Source: an archaeon (lineage in GTDB: Archaea; Hydrothermarchaeota; Hydrothermarchaeia; JALTZZ01). Taken from it: a stretch of DNA of 64,000 nucleotides. The stretch spans positions 4,870 to 68,869 of the forward strand of contig JALTZZ010000035.1 of assembly GCA_027051165.1 (NCBI GenBank), read 5' to 3'. Below, one piece after another: positions 1-7,760 of the stretch. The notes beneath the pieces were generated by a model that was not told where the DNA came from, did no database searches, and saw only the letters and a program-made list of their open reading frames with translations. Positions within the stretch are counted from its first letter, which is position 1. The number at the start of each line of letters is the position of its first letter. The position numbers and the translations under genes are program-made.

Positions 1-146
1 GCGACGAGGTCTGCATAAGCTCGACGAACAGAAACTTTATAGGAAGGATGGGACACAAGGACAGCAAGGTTTATCTCGCAAACCCAGCAGTTGTTGCGGC
101 GAGTGCTGTAACGGGCAGGATAACAGATCCAAGGGATCTGAAATGA
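1..146 (+). CDS. 3' fragment of an aconitase-family large subunit (3-isopropylmalate dehydratase / homoaconitase large subunit). The translation ends ...[38 protein letters not shown].
   Basis: Hand translation of the frame ending at the TGA at 144-146, which overlaps the next ATG. The C-terminal motif (YLASP..AASA..G.ITDP) is characteristic of LeuC/HacA. The ORF is truncated by the window edge. Confidence 0.65.
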   Translation, partial: DEVCISSTNRNFIGRMGHKDSKVYLANPAVVAASAVTGRITDPRDLK

Positions 147-646
147 TCCTTGAATTTAAAGGAAAGTTTCCAAGGATATCTAAAAATGTTTTTATTCACG
201 AAACTGCTGTAGTTATAGGAAACGTAGAGATAGGAGATTTCTCAAGCATCTTTCCAAACGCCGTTGTTAGAGGAGATAGAGACAAGATCGTTATTGGAAG
301 GTATGTAAACGTTCAGGACAACGTAACGATACATGTAAGCGAGGGATATAGCGTTTATATAGGAGACTATACGAGCATAGGGCATAACGCAGTGATTCAC
401 GGATGCAAAATAGGTGAAAACGTTCTCATAGGGATGAATGCGGTTGTTATGAACGGTGCGGAGATAGGAAGCAACAGCATAGTCGGTGCTTGTGCACTCG
501 TTACGGAGAACAAGAAGTTTCCTGAGCGTTCCTTAATAATAGGGGTTCCAGCAAGAGTAGTAAGAGAGCTCAGCGAGGAAGAGGTTGAGATGATCAGAAA
601 AAATGCAGAGATATATCGGAAGCTTGCTGAAGAGTATATGAGGTGA
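143..646 (+). CDS. Hexapeptide-repeat (left-handed beta-helix) protein of the gamma-carbonic-anhydrase / PaaY family.
   Basis: Repeated [LIV]-G-x-x-x-x hexapeptides ([23 protein letters not shown]..., [18 protein letters not shown]). Length is 167 aa. Confidence 0.8.
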   Translation: MILEFKGKFPRISKNVFIHETAVVIGNVEIGDFSSIFPNAVVRGDRDKIVIGRYVNVQDNVTIHVSEGYSVYIGDYTSIGHNAVIHGCKIGENVLIGMNAVVMNGAEIGSNSIVGACALVTENKKFPERSLIIGVPARVVRELSEEEVEMIRKNAEIYRKLAEEYMR

Positions 647-1806
647 ATTCAATGATCGCTTACATAGATGCAAGTGTCTCTGGAGTAAGCGGTGATATGC
701 TTCTATCCGCACTAATAGACTGTGGTGCAAGGCTTGAAATAATATCGGATATCTGCAGAGTCGTTGAAAATTTATTAAACTGTAAAATAAAGGTAAAATT
801 TTATGAAGTTAAAAGAAAAGGTATAAAAGCGAAAAAACTTGATATTATTAGCGATTCTAAATTTAATATTGAAGATATACCAAGAATCTTAGATGAAGTA
901 GAGAAGAGTGTAGAGTTTGATAGAGAATTTGTAGAAAATGTCTTTAAAACGATCTTAGATGCGGAAAAGGCTGTGCACGGAGAAGCACATCTGCATGAAC
1001 TCTCAAACGTTGACACTATAATAGACGTTGTTGGATTTTCATCCCTAATAAAAGATTTAAATATAGAAAAAGTTTTATGTTCAAAAATAGAGGTTGGAAG
1101 AGGAATTGTAAAAACATCTCACGGATTTTTATCATCTCCAGCTTTTATAACTGCGGAGATACTGAAAAAGTTTAAAATACCGTTTAGAGCAAGAATAAAC
1201 GCAGAAGCTTCTACGCCAACTGGAGTTGCTATATTAGCAAATATTGCAAGATTCGATGAGATTGAGACGAGCAGAATAATAGATATAGGCTATGGAGCCG
1301 GAGAAAAAGACTTCGTCGAAGCCCCCAACGTTTTAAGAATCTTTTTGCTCGAATCTGAAATGAAAAGCGAATACATATCAATCTTGGAGACCAATCTCGA
1401 CGATGTAACTGGAGAGCTTATAGGAAACCTGATAGACGTCCTCTACAGAGAAGGTGCGTTAGATGTGCAGGTTATACAGGCTCTAACTAAGAAATCAAGA
1501 CCAAGCTTCATAATTAAGGTTATCTGCAACTTAAGCATGGAGGAAAAGCTTTCAAAAATCCTCATTAAGGAGAGCGGAACTCTCGGAGTAAGAATTTTTA
1601 GAGCTGAAAAGAGACATGTAGCTGAAAGAAAGATTTTAAAGAGAAAGATAAAAATAAAAAATAGGGAATTTGAGGTTAGATATAAAATTTCAGTTGAAAA
1701 TGATGTTAAACATTATAAACCGGAGTTCGATGATATAAAAAAAATTGCAGAAGAACTAAAACTGCCTTTTAAAGATGTATATAGGGAAGCTATAAAAAGA
1801 TTTTGA
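643..1806 (+). CDS. larC: LarC-like DUF111 protein (nickel-pincer cofactor / Ni insertion family).
   Basis: The N-terminus IAYIDASVSGVSGDMLLSALIDCGA matches the DUF111 signature. Length is ~385 aa. The real start may be ATG 652. Confidence 0.7.
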   Translation: MNSMIAYIDASVSGVSGDMLLSALIDCGARLEIISDICRVVENLLNCKIKVKFYEVKRKGIKAKKLDIISDSKFNIEDIPRILDEVEKSVEFDREFVENVFKTILDAEKAVHGEAHLHELSNVDTIIDVVGFSSLIKDLNIEKVLCSKIEVGRGIVKTSHGFLSSPAFITAEILKKFKIPFRARINAEASTPTGVAILANIARFDEIETSRIIDIGYGAGEKDFVEAPNVLRIFLLESEMKSEYISILETNLDDVTGELIGNLIDVLYREGALDVQVIQALTKKSRPSFIIKVICNLSMEEKLSKILIKESGTLGVRIFRAEKRHVAERKILKRKIKIKNREFEVRYKISVENDVKHYKPEFDDIKKIAEELKLPFKDVYREAIKRF

Positions 1807-1855
1807 CCATTTGAAACCATAGAAAATTTTAAATAGTCTGTAGGAATTTTTATAA

Positions 1856-3130
1856 TTGATGAGAGTTGTAGAGCTTAAAAATCTTTCAAAAGAAGAAAAA
1901 GAAAAGATTATTAACAGGGGTAAGGTTGAGATAGAAAGTGTTTTAGAAAAAGTTAGAAAAATTGTTGAAGATGTAAAAAATAACGGTGATAAGGCACTTA
2001 AATATTATACAAAAAAATTTGATGGCATTGAAATAGACGAATTCACCGTTGGTAAAGACGAGATTGAAAAAGCCATAAATAATGTTGATTATAAAGTCAT
2101 AGAAGCTCTTGAAAAGGCTTATGAAAACATAAGATATTTCCACGAAAGACAGCTTATAAACAGCTGGTTTTATGTAAAAAATGGTGCTAAGCTTGGTTTT
2201 ATCGTTAAACCAATAAAAAAAGTTGGATGCTATGTGCCGGGAGGAAAAGCCTCTTACCCAAGCACCGTTCTAATGCTCGCTATTCCAGCAAGAGTTGCCG
2301 GCGTAAAGGAGGTATACGTTACCACTCCTCCCCAACCGAACAAATACGTGCTGGCGGCATGCGACATTGCAAACGTTGACAGGATATACAAGCTTGGCGG
2401 TGCCCAAGCTATAGCAGCCTTAGCCTATGGAACTGAGAGCGTAGAAAAGGTGGATAAAATCGTTGGACCGGGCAATATATATGTTACTGCGGCGAAGAAG
2501 CTTGTGAGCGATGTTGTATCAATAGATATGATCGCAGGACCGAGCGAAGTTCTTATAATAGCAGATGGACATGCAAATTCAAGATTTATAGCCTTGGACA
2601 TGCTCGCCCAAGCTGAGCACGATGAAAATGCCGTAGCAATACTTGTTACCGATAGCAAGGACCTTGCAAAGAAGGTAGAAAAGGAATTGAAGAATTTGCT
2701 TAAGGAAGCGAGTAAAACTGCAAAAAGCTCAATAGAAAGAAATGCATATATAATCATAGTCAATGATATCGAAGATGCGGTTGAATTTGCAAACGAATAT
2801 GCACCGGAACATCTTGAAATTATTTGCCATAACGCCGACGACGTGCTCGATAGAGTAGAGAATGCTGGAAGCATCTTTATAGGAGAGCACACACCAGTAG
2901 CGTGTGGTGATTATGCAAGCGGAACAAATCACGTTCTTCCCACAAGTGGATATGCAAAAACGTTCTCAGCACTATCAGTTTTTGATTTTTTAAAATTTAT
3001 GCTCTTTCAAAAATTTAATGAAAAATCTCTTAAAGATATCTCAGAAATAATTGTAAACTTAGCAGAGGTAGAAGGGCTATACATGCATGCAAGAAGCGTT
3101 GAGGAGAGGGTAAAGAGGAGGGAAAAATGA
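1856..3130 (+). CDS. hisD: Histidinol dehydrogenase.
   Basis: Motifs GCYVPGGKASYPSTVLMLAIPARVAGV, GGAQAIAALAYGTE, KIVGPGNIYVTAAKK, IDMIAGPSEVLIIAD and AQAEHDENA. Confidence 0.9.
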   Translation: MMRVVELKNLSKEEKEKIINRGKVEIESVLEKVRKIVEDVKNNGDKALKYYTKKFDGIEIDEFTVGKDEIEKAINNVDYKVIEALEKAYENIRYFHERQLINSWFYVKNGAKLGFIVKPIKKVGCYVPGGKASYPSTVLMLAIPARVAGVKEVYVTTPPQPNKYVLAACDIANVDRIYKLGGAQAIAALAYGTESVEKVDKIVGPGNIYVTAAKKLVSDVVSIDMIAGPSEVLIIADGHANSRFIALDMLAQAEHDENAVAILVTDSKDLAKKVEKELKNLLKEASKTAKSSIERNAYIIIVNDIEDAVEFANEYAPEHLEIICHNADDVLDRVENAGSIFIGEHTPVACGDYASGTNHVLPTSGYAKTFSALSVFDFLKFMLFQKFNEKSLKDISEIIVNLAEVEGLYMHARSVEERVKRREK

Positions 3131-4407
3131 GACCATTACTGCTGCTCACTGCACTGTTAATATTCTGTTTGAGCAATGCAAATGCTCTCGTAGTTAAGGC
3201 TGAAATTAAGGGTGTTATAGACACGGTTACTGCTGATTATATAGAAAATGTATATAAGGAAGCTAAAGAGCTTGATGCCGAGGCTATAATAATCGAAATG
3301 GATACACCGGGCGGGCTTGACCAATCTATGAGAAAGATTATAAAGACCATTCTCAACTCGGATATACCATTTATAGCATACGTCCACCCAGAAGGAGCGA
3401 GAGCTGCGAGTGCTGGTAGCTTCATACTCGTAGCAAGCCATTTAGCCTGTATGTCTCCAGGCACTAATGTAGGGGCTGCTCACCCAGTAGCCGTGGGTGG
3501 CGAAGGCAAGGTCTCGGAGAAAATAGTTAACGATGCTATGAAGTATATGCAGAGTCTTGCTGAGAGAAGGGGAAGAAATATAAGCTTGGCTGTAAGCTTT
3601 GTTGTAAACAGCACCTCTATAACTGCAAGCGAGGCTCTTAAATACGGAATAATAGACTGCATAGCTAAGGACTATAGCGAGCTTCTTAAGAAGTTGAACA
3701 ACAGAACCGTAGAAGTTAAAGAAGGAAATGTAACTCTGGATATAGCAGATGATGTTATAGAACCTATTGAGATGAGTGCAAGGGAGAAGTTCCTTCATCT
3801 AATTTCTGATCCAAATATTGCATACATACTATTAATGCTTGGAATATATGGAATTATATTCGAACTTGCAAATCCCGGTGCCATTTTTCCCGGCATCTTC
3901 GGAGCTATATGCCTCATATTGGCTTTCTGGAGCTTTCACATGATAAGCGTTAATGCCGCTGGTGTAGCCTTTATTATCCTTGCAATAATCTTGCTCGTAG
4001 CAGAGCTCTTTACACCTACGCACGGCTTGCTAACAGCTGGCGGAATAATCTCTCTAATCTTGGGATCGCTTATGCTTATAAACGTTGAGAAGGCAAAGTT
4101 TGTAACAATGTCTTGGGAGATCGTTGCTGCTGCTGCGGTTGTAACTGTGGGATTCTTTGTTTTAGCCATGGGATTGGCTGTAAAAGCTCACAGAAGAAAG
4201 CCAGCAACAGGAATAGAGGGCATGGTAGGATTAGAAGGTGTTGCAAAGGAAGATATAGATCCAGAGGGCATGGTAATGATAAGGGGAGAGCTCTGGCGTG
4301 CTGTAGCAAAGGATAAACCGATAAAAAAGGGTAGAAAGATTAGAGTTGTTGAAGTAAGGGATCTAACTCTTGTTGTAGAAGAGGTTGAAGGTGGAAAATA
4401 TAATTAA
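3127..4407 (+). CDS. NfeD-like membrane-bound ClpP-class serine protease (long form: protease domain, TM helices, C-terminal OB-fold).
   Basis: Signal peptide, a ClpP-like core (DTPGGLDQSM..., RAASAGSFI), central hydrophobic helices and a C-terminal beta-barrel region. Start overlaps the hisD stop (ATGA). Confidence 0.8.
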   Translation: MRPLLLLTALLIFCLSNANALVVKAEIKGVIDTVTADYIENVYKEAKELDAEAIIIEMDTPGGLDQSMRKIIKTILNSDIPFIAYVHPEGARAASAGSFILVASHLACMSPGTNVGAAHPVAVGGEGKVSEKIVNDAMKYMQSLAERRGRNISLAVSFVVNSTSITASEALKYGIIDCIAKDYSELLKKLNNRTVEVKEGNVTLDIADDVIEPIEMSAREKFLHLISDPNIAYILLMLGIYGIIFELANPGAIFPGIFGAICLILAFWSFHMISVNAAGVAFIILAIILLVAELFTPTHGLLTAGGIISLILGSLMLINVEKAKFVTMSWEIVAAAAVVTVGFFVLAMGLAVKAHRRKPATGIEGMVGLEGVAKEDIDPEGMVMIRGELWRAVAKDKPIKKGRKIRVVEVRDLTLVVEEVEGGKYN

Positions 4408-4465
4408 GGTTTTATCTCACTTTAGAACGATTATAAAGGGTGGAAGAAACAAATAAAATAAATCA

Positions 4466-4485
4466 TTATGATCTCCCCATCATAA
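4466..4485. terminator. 7-bp inverted repeat TTATGAT-ctcccc-ATCATAA between the convergent NfeD and rubrerythrin-like genes.
   Basis: Perfect hairpin seen in the sequence. Archaeal terminators are usually oligo-T, so function is uncertain. Confidence 0.2.
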
Positions 4486-4507
4486 AGGAAGTTTTTAAGT
4501 CCCGAAA

Positions 4508-4999
4508 TTATACCCCATCAAAACTAAAGTAGTCGTCCAAACCGAACCAGTAGCCATGGGTCTCCATACTTTCCTTGATAAACTTTATCCATTCCAAATG
4601 CTCTCTTTCAAACTTTATCAGCAAATCAAAAACTTCTTCTGCATCCTTAATTTTTTCTCTGCACTTTATATAAAATGCTATGGAGTTTTCTTCAAGTAGT
4701 TCAGCTTCTTTTAAAATAATTTTATCATCGTCTGTAGCATTTATTTTTTCCTCAAACTTCTCCGGGAAAACTCTTTCTTCTAAAATTTTTGCCTTAGATT
4801 TTACGTCAATGCTACCTTTTTTTATAAGTTCCTCTTTAATATCTTCTAAGAATTTTCTGTGCCTAAGCTCTTCCTTAGCAAGAAACTCAAGAGTCTCTTT
4901 AGCTTTTCTGCTCTTAACTTTCTTAGATGCATTGTAATAGAAATTAAAACCCTTCTTCTCAATTTCAATTCCTCTATTTATGCAGTCTATAATGTTCAT
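4508..4999 (-). CDS. Rubrerythrin-like diiron ferritin-fold protein (no rubredoxin domain).
   Basis: Two E-x-x-H helices (EELRHRKFL, EREHLEWIK) in a ~160-aa helical protein. Confidence 0.65.
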   Translation of the reverse strand: MNIIDCINRGIEIEKKGFNFYYNASKKVKSRKAKETLEFLAKEELRHRKFLEDIKEELIKKGSIDVKSKAKILEERVFPEKFEEKINATDDDKIILKEAELLEENSIAFYIKCREKIKDAEEVFDLLIKFEREHLEWIKFIKESMETHGYWFGLDDYFSFDGV

Positions 5000-5044
5000 A
5001 AAAAATCGGAGAAAAATTAACGATGTTATTTCATAAAGTTTAAA

Positions 5045-5100
5045 GAGGATGATGAATTTGCCGAGTGCTGAGCGGTGATGAAAAGGGGAGTCTCTGACGA
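5045..5100 (+). ncRNA. C/D box sRNA (2'-O-methylation guide).
   Basis: C box AUGAUGA 5049-5055, then a 12-nt guide, D' box CUGA 5068-5071, a 3-nt spacer, C' box GUGAUGA 5075-5081, a 12-nt guide and D box CUGA 5094-5097. This is the canonical archaeal geometry with 12-nt spacers. Confidence 0.7.
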
Positions 5101-5270
5101 CCCTATTTTAAAAAAATTTTAACAGCTCTGCTTAGCCTTTGTTAAACATTTTCATCTCTTAGGTTTTAATAAATTCACTTAATAAATTCACTTAGACGAA
5201 ACATTAAGTTCACTTATCTAAGAGGATAAAGAGCCAAAGAAAAAATCTTCATAAAACATGTCGCTTTGAA

Positions 5271-5425
5271 CAATTCCTTCATATTTTTTCAAAATTTCAC
5301 GATTTCTGCTTTGTGTCTTCTTCCATTCCATTGAAACTTTGAGCTTTTTCCATAAGATTAAATCTCCTTGCCCATGTAAGCCCCATATCTTCTATAACTC
5401 TGTAGTATTCCTTTTCTAACGGTTA
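5271..5425. repeat. Degenerate, internally deleted copy of the vapB-5'/elp3-3' junction found intact at 9581-9860.
   Basis: 5271-5312 matches 9581-9622 at ~85%. 5313-5345 matches 9667-9715, including 17 identical nt gtcttcttccattccat. 5361-5398 matches 9775-9812 with one mismatch (aaatctcctt[g/a]cccatgtaagccccatatcttctata). Confidence 0.6.
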
Positions 5426-5459
5426 GTATATATTTTTCTTTGCTTTACCTAAGATATTA

Positions 5460-6779
5460 TTAGCTTAAAAGCCATTTCCAAAGAGGAATAAATTCTATCT
5501 TTTTATTATCAATTTTTTCAGTGCCCTCATAATCCCATGTGATAATCATCAACTTTTTCGTTTTAAGTTCTTTTGAAGCCTTTATAAGAGAGCTAACTTC
5601 CCTATCCTTTACTTCTTCTCTCGTGCTTGCATAGGTTACCTGAACAAGCTCCTTTACTTTTGTGCCCTCCTTCAAAACAAAGTCAACCTCTTTTCCCTCA
5701 GCTTTTCCATATTCCTTCCAGTAAAAGACCTGAAACTTATTAAAAATCTCGCTTCTTCTCAAAAGCTCTAAAAACACTGTATTTTCCATGAGTCTGCTAA
5801 GAGAGGTCTCAACCTTAGAAACTCTTATCAAACCGTTGTCAACAACATAAATTTTCTTTGGATATTGCTTTTTGTCTTTGATTGAGTATGAAAATATCTC
5901 TAAAGGAAAAATAAAGAAAATTTCATTATAATATCTCATATAGTCCAGAAGTTTTGCTTTACCTATCTTAAATCCTAATGATTTTAGATAGCTATAGGCT
6001 TTAGAAATACTAAGATACTTTGCATGATTTGAGAGGCAATATCTTGTGAATTCCTCAAAAGCTGATATATTTCTTATTCTAAATCTTTCAACAAGGTCTC
6101 TGTAGAATATTGCATTGTAGTATGATTCCAAAATTTTTTCTTTTATTTTCTCATCCTCAAGAACAACTTCAGGAAAACCTCCAAATTCTATGTATTCTTT
6201 TAGATATCTTAAAATTTTGCCTCTTTCTTCTTCCAAATATTTTAATAATTCTTTTTTAAAGGTAATACCTTTAATTTTAAGGAATTCTCTAAAACTCAGG
6301 GGAAAAACAACAACATCAATGTTTCTTCCCCTAAGAGATGTGGATATCTCTCTGGAGAGGAGCTTTGAGGAAGATCCAGATAGATATAGTCTGTATTTTC
6401 CCTCATCATGGATTCTTCTAACCCATTTATCCCAATCTTTGACATTTTGTATTTCGTCTAAGAAGAAATAAACTGGTTTATCTCCCTCTGGTTTAAAAAT
6501 CTCGTAATATATTTTGATCATTGTTTCAAGGTCTCTTGCATCCAAATTTCTAAGTCTTTCATCCTCAAAGTTTACGTAGAGGATATTGTCCTTTTTCAGC
6601 CTTTTTGCAAGCTTTTTAATTAGTATAAACATGAGATAGGTTTTTCCAGCTCTTCTTGGTCCGACTATGCTTATTATTTTCCTTGTATCTAAAGGGGCTT
6701 CTATTTCCCTATTAAACGTCTCGGGAATTTCCTGAACCTTCCACTTTATAAGCACAGCTCTAAAGTCATCATCCCTCAT
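5460..6779 (-). CDS. AAA+ ATPase of the AAA_14/DUF4143 family (archaeal ATP-binding protein).
   Basis: Walker A GPRRAGKT, Walker B-like YFFLDEIQ, and a long conserved C-terminal DUF4143-type region. Length is 439 aa. Confidence 0.8.
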   Translation of the reverse strand: MRDDDFRAVLIKWKVQEIPETFNREIEAPLDTRKIISIVGPRRAGKTYLMFILIKKLAKRLKKDNILYVNFEDERLRNLDARDLETMIKIYYEIFKPEGDKPVYFFLDEIQNVKDWDKWVRRIHDEGKYRLYLSGSSSKLLSREISTSLRGRNIDVVVFPLSFREFLKIKGITFKKELLKYLEEERGKILRYLKEYIEFGGFPEVVLEDEKIKEKILESYYNAIFYRDLVERFRIRNISAFEEFTRYCLSNHAKYLSISKAYSYLKSLGFKIGKAKLLDYMRYYNEIFFIFPLEIFSYSIKDKKQYPKKIYVVDNGLIRVSKVETSLSRLMENTVFLELLRRSEIFNKFQVFYWKEYGKAEGKEVDFVLKEGTKVKELVQVTYASTREEVKDREVSSLIKASKELKTKKLMIITWDYEGTEKIDNKKIEFIPLWKWLLS

Positions 6780-6781
6780 TG

Positions 6782-6830
6782 TTCTATAAATAGAACGATT
6801 TCATATATAAATTGTTCTATAAATAGAACA
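6782..6830. promoter_or_regulatory. Two identical 16-bp palindromes GTTCTATAAATAGAAC (6782-6797 and 6815-6830), 33 bp apart, directly upstream of the DUF4143 ATPase start codon. Each contains a TATA-like core.
   Basis: Exact repeat and internal dyad symmetry seen in the sequence. One copy sits at TATA-box distance from the ATG and the other abuts the start codon. Confidence 0.5.
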
Positions 6831-6894
6831 ATTTTTAAAAGAAAATTTTTGACATACATGTAGCATAATTTTTAATCGTGTTTTTTGTAAATAT

Positions 6895-6985
6895 CGGAAT
6901 CAAAGCATCTTACCCATATAAACTCCATACTTTTCGTAGCCGAACTTTCTGTAGTATTCCCTTGTCCCTACGGCACTTGTTACGA
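6895..6985. repeat. Second degenerate copy (~80% identity) of the elp3 3' end (intact at 9775-9860).
   Basis: cttacccatataaactccatacttttcgtagccgaactttctgtagtattcccttgtccctacggcacttgttacga versus cttacccatgtaagccccatatcttctatagccgagctttctgtagtattctcttgttcctacggcacttgttatcag. Confidence 0.6.
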
Positions 6986-6990
6986 TTTTT

Positions 6991-7374
6991 TTATTTTATA
7001 CATCTTTTAAGATATTTTTCAACTTCTTTAACAAATATTTCTGCCATTTTCAGACATTCTTCGGCATCCTCTTTATCAATCATGAATCCTATACCGTAAT
7101 CTCCTTTTTGTCTCAAATTATATATTTTTCTAAAATATTTTCCAAGATTAGTATTAAAAATGCCAGATTTTATAAATAATATTCCAAATAAGCTCATTAC
7201 TCCTTTATGAGAATGTGTTTTAAGATTTTTTGTAAGTAAGGCTGCCTGAGCCATAAAAAACATAGCATAGTAACATCTTGAAACACAGGAATCGTAGTCT
7301 CCATCATTAAAAACAATCTCTGCTGTTCTTAGAAATCTTTTGGATTTGCTTATTAAATACTCTATTTCTTTCAT
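6991..7374 (-). CDS. HEPN-domain protein (toxin partner of the adjacent nucleotidyltransferase).
   Basis: ~127-aa helical protein with R-x4-HxK-like (RQKGDY) region, overlapping the upstream MNT gene by 4 nt. Confidence 0.7.
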   Translation of the reverse strand: MKEIEYLISKSKRFLRTAEIVFNDGDYDSCVSRCYYAMFFMAQAALLTKNLKTHSHKGVMSLFGILFIKSGIFNTNLGKYFRKIYNLRQKGDYGIGFMIDKEDAEECLKMAEIFVKEVEKYLKRCIK

Positions 7375-7691
7375 ACCGATATACCTTCGTCTTTTATACT
7401 TATAAAGAATGGTAATCTGTAGTTTTTAAAGATGCTCTCTTTCACAGCAACTATAGATACAAGTTCTCCTTCATTTAGAAGAATTTCAAAAAGAAGGTCG
7501 TTTAAGTAATTTTCCACATCTTTTGGATCTAATTTATCATCAATTACAACAAGAACGTCAATATCTGAATCTTCAGTAGCCTTACCTCTCGCATGAGAAC
7601 CGTAAAGTATAACTTTTATAATTTCATCTCCATATCTCTTTTTTAGATGTTCTTTTATCCGGTTTAATATTCGCCTAACCTTTTCGTTCAT
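7371..7691 (-). CDS. Minimal nucleotidyltransferase (MNT), partner of the HEPN protein.
   Basis: Pol-beta-type NTase motif LYGSHARGKATEDSDIDVLVV. Length is 106 aa. Confidence 0.8.
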   Translation of the reverse strand: MNEKVRRILNRIKEHLKKRYGDEIIKVILYGSHARGKATEDSDIDVLVVIDDKLDPKDVENYLNDLLFEILLNEGELVSIVAVKESIFKNYRLPFFISIKDEGISV

Positions 7692-7760
7692 TATTTTATT
7701 CTGTGAAAGTTATCTAAGTAAATTTTGAAAAATTTTTGATTGAAATTCTTAGAAAAGCTT

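Noticed and set aside
2425-2892. Numerous antisense or alternative-frame ORFs of 60-170 aa inside long genes (e.g. 2425-2892, 12300-12749, 19839-20318, 47707-48237, 51263-51724).
   Set aside because: They lie wholly within well-supported conserved genes on the opposite strand or in another frame. Their products are low-complexity and Ser/Leu/Phe-rich, typical of spurious ORFs in AT-rich DNA.
4113-4316. Cys/Gly-rich 67-aa ORF (MGDRCCCCGCNCGILCF...) that could be taken for a metallothionein-like peptide.
   Set aside because: It is an alternate frame of the NfeD protease gene on the same strand. The Cys/Gly richness comes from a GC-rich stretch encoding the Ala/Val-rich TM region.
5361-5425. 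The elp3-end copies at 5361-5425 and 6895-6985 as possible small coding exons or duplicated functional elp3 C-termini.
   Set aside because: There is no upstream ORF continuity, and frame-disrupting indels are present. The ORF-track hit at 6878-7099 (plus strand) is on the strand opposite to the elp3-like frame. They are treated as noncoding relics.
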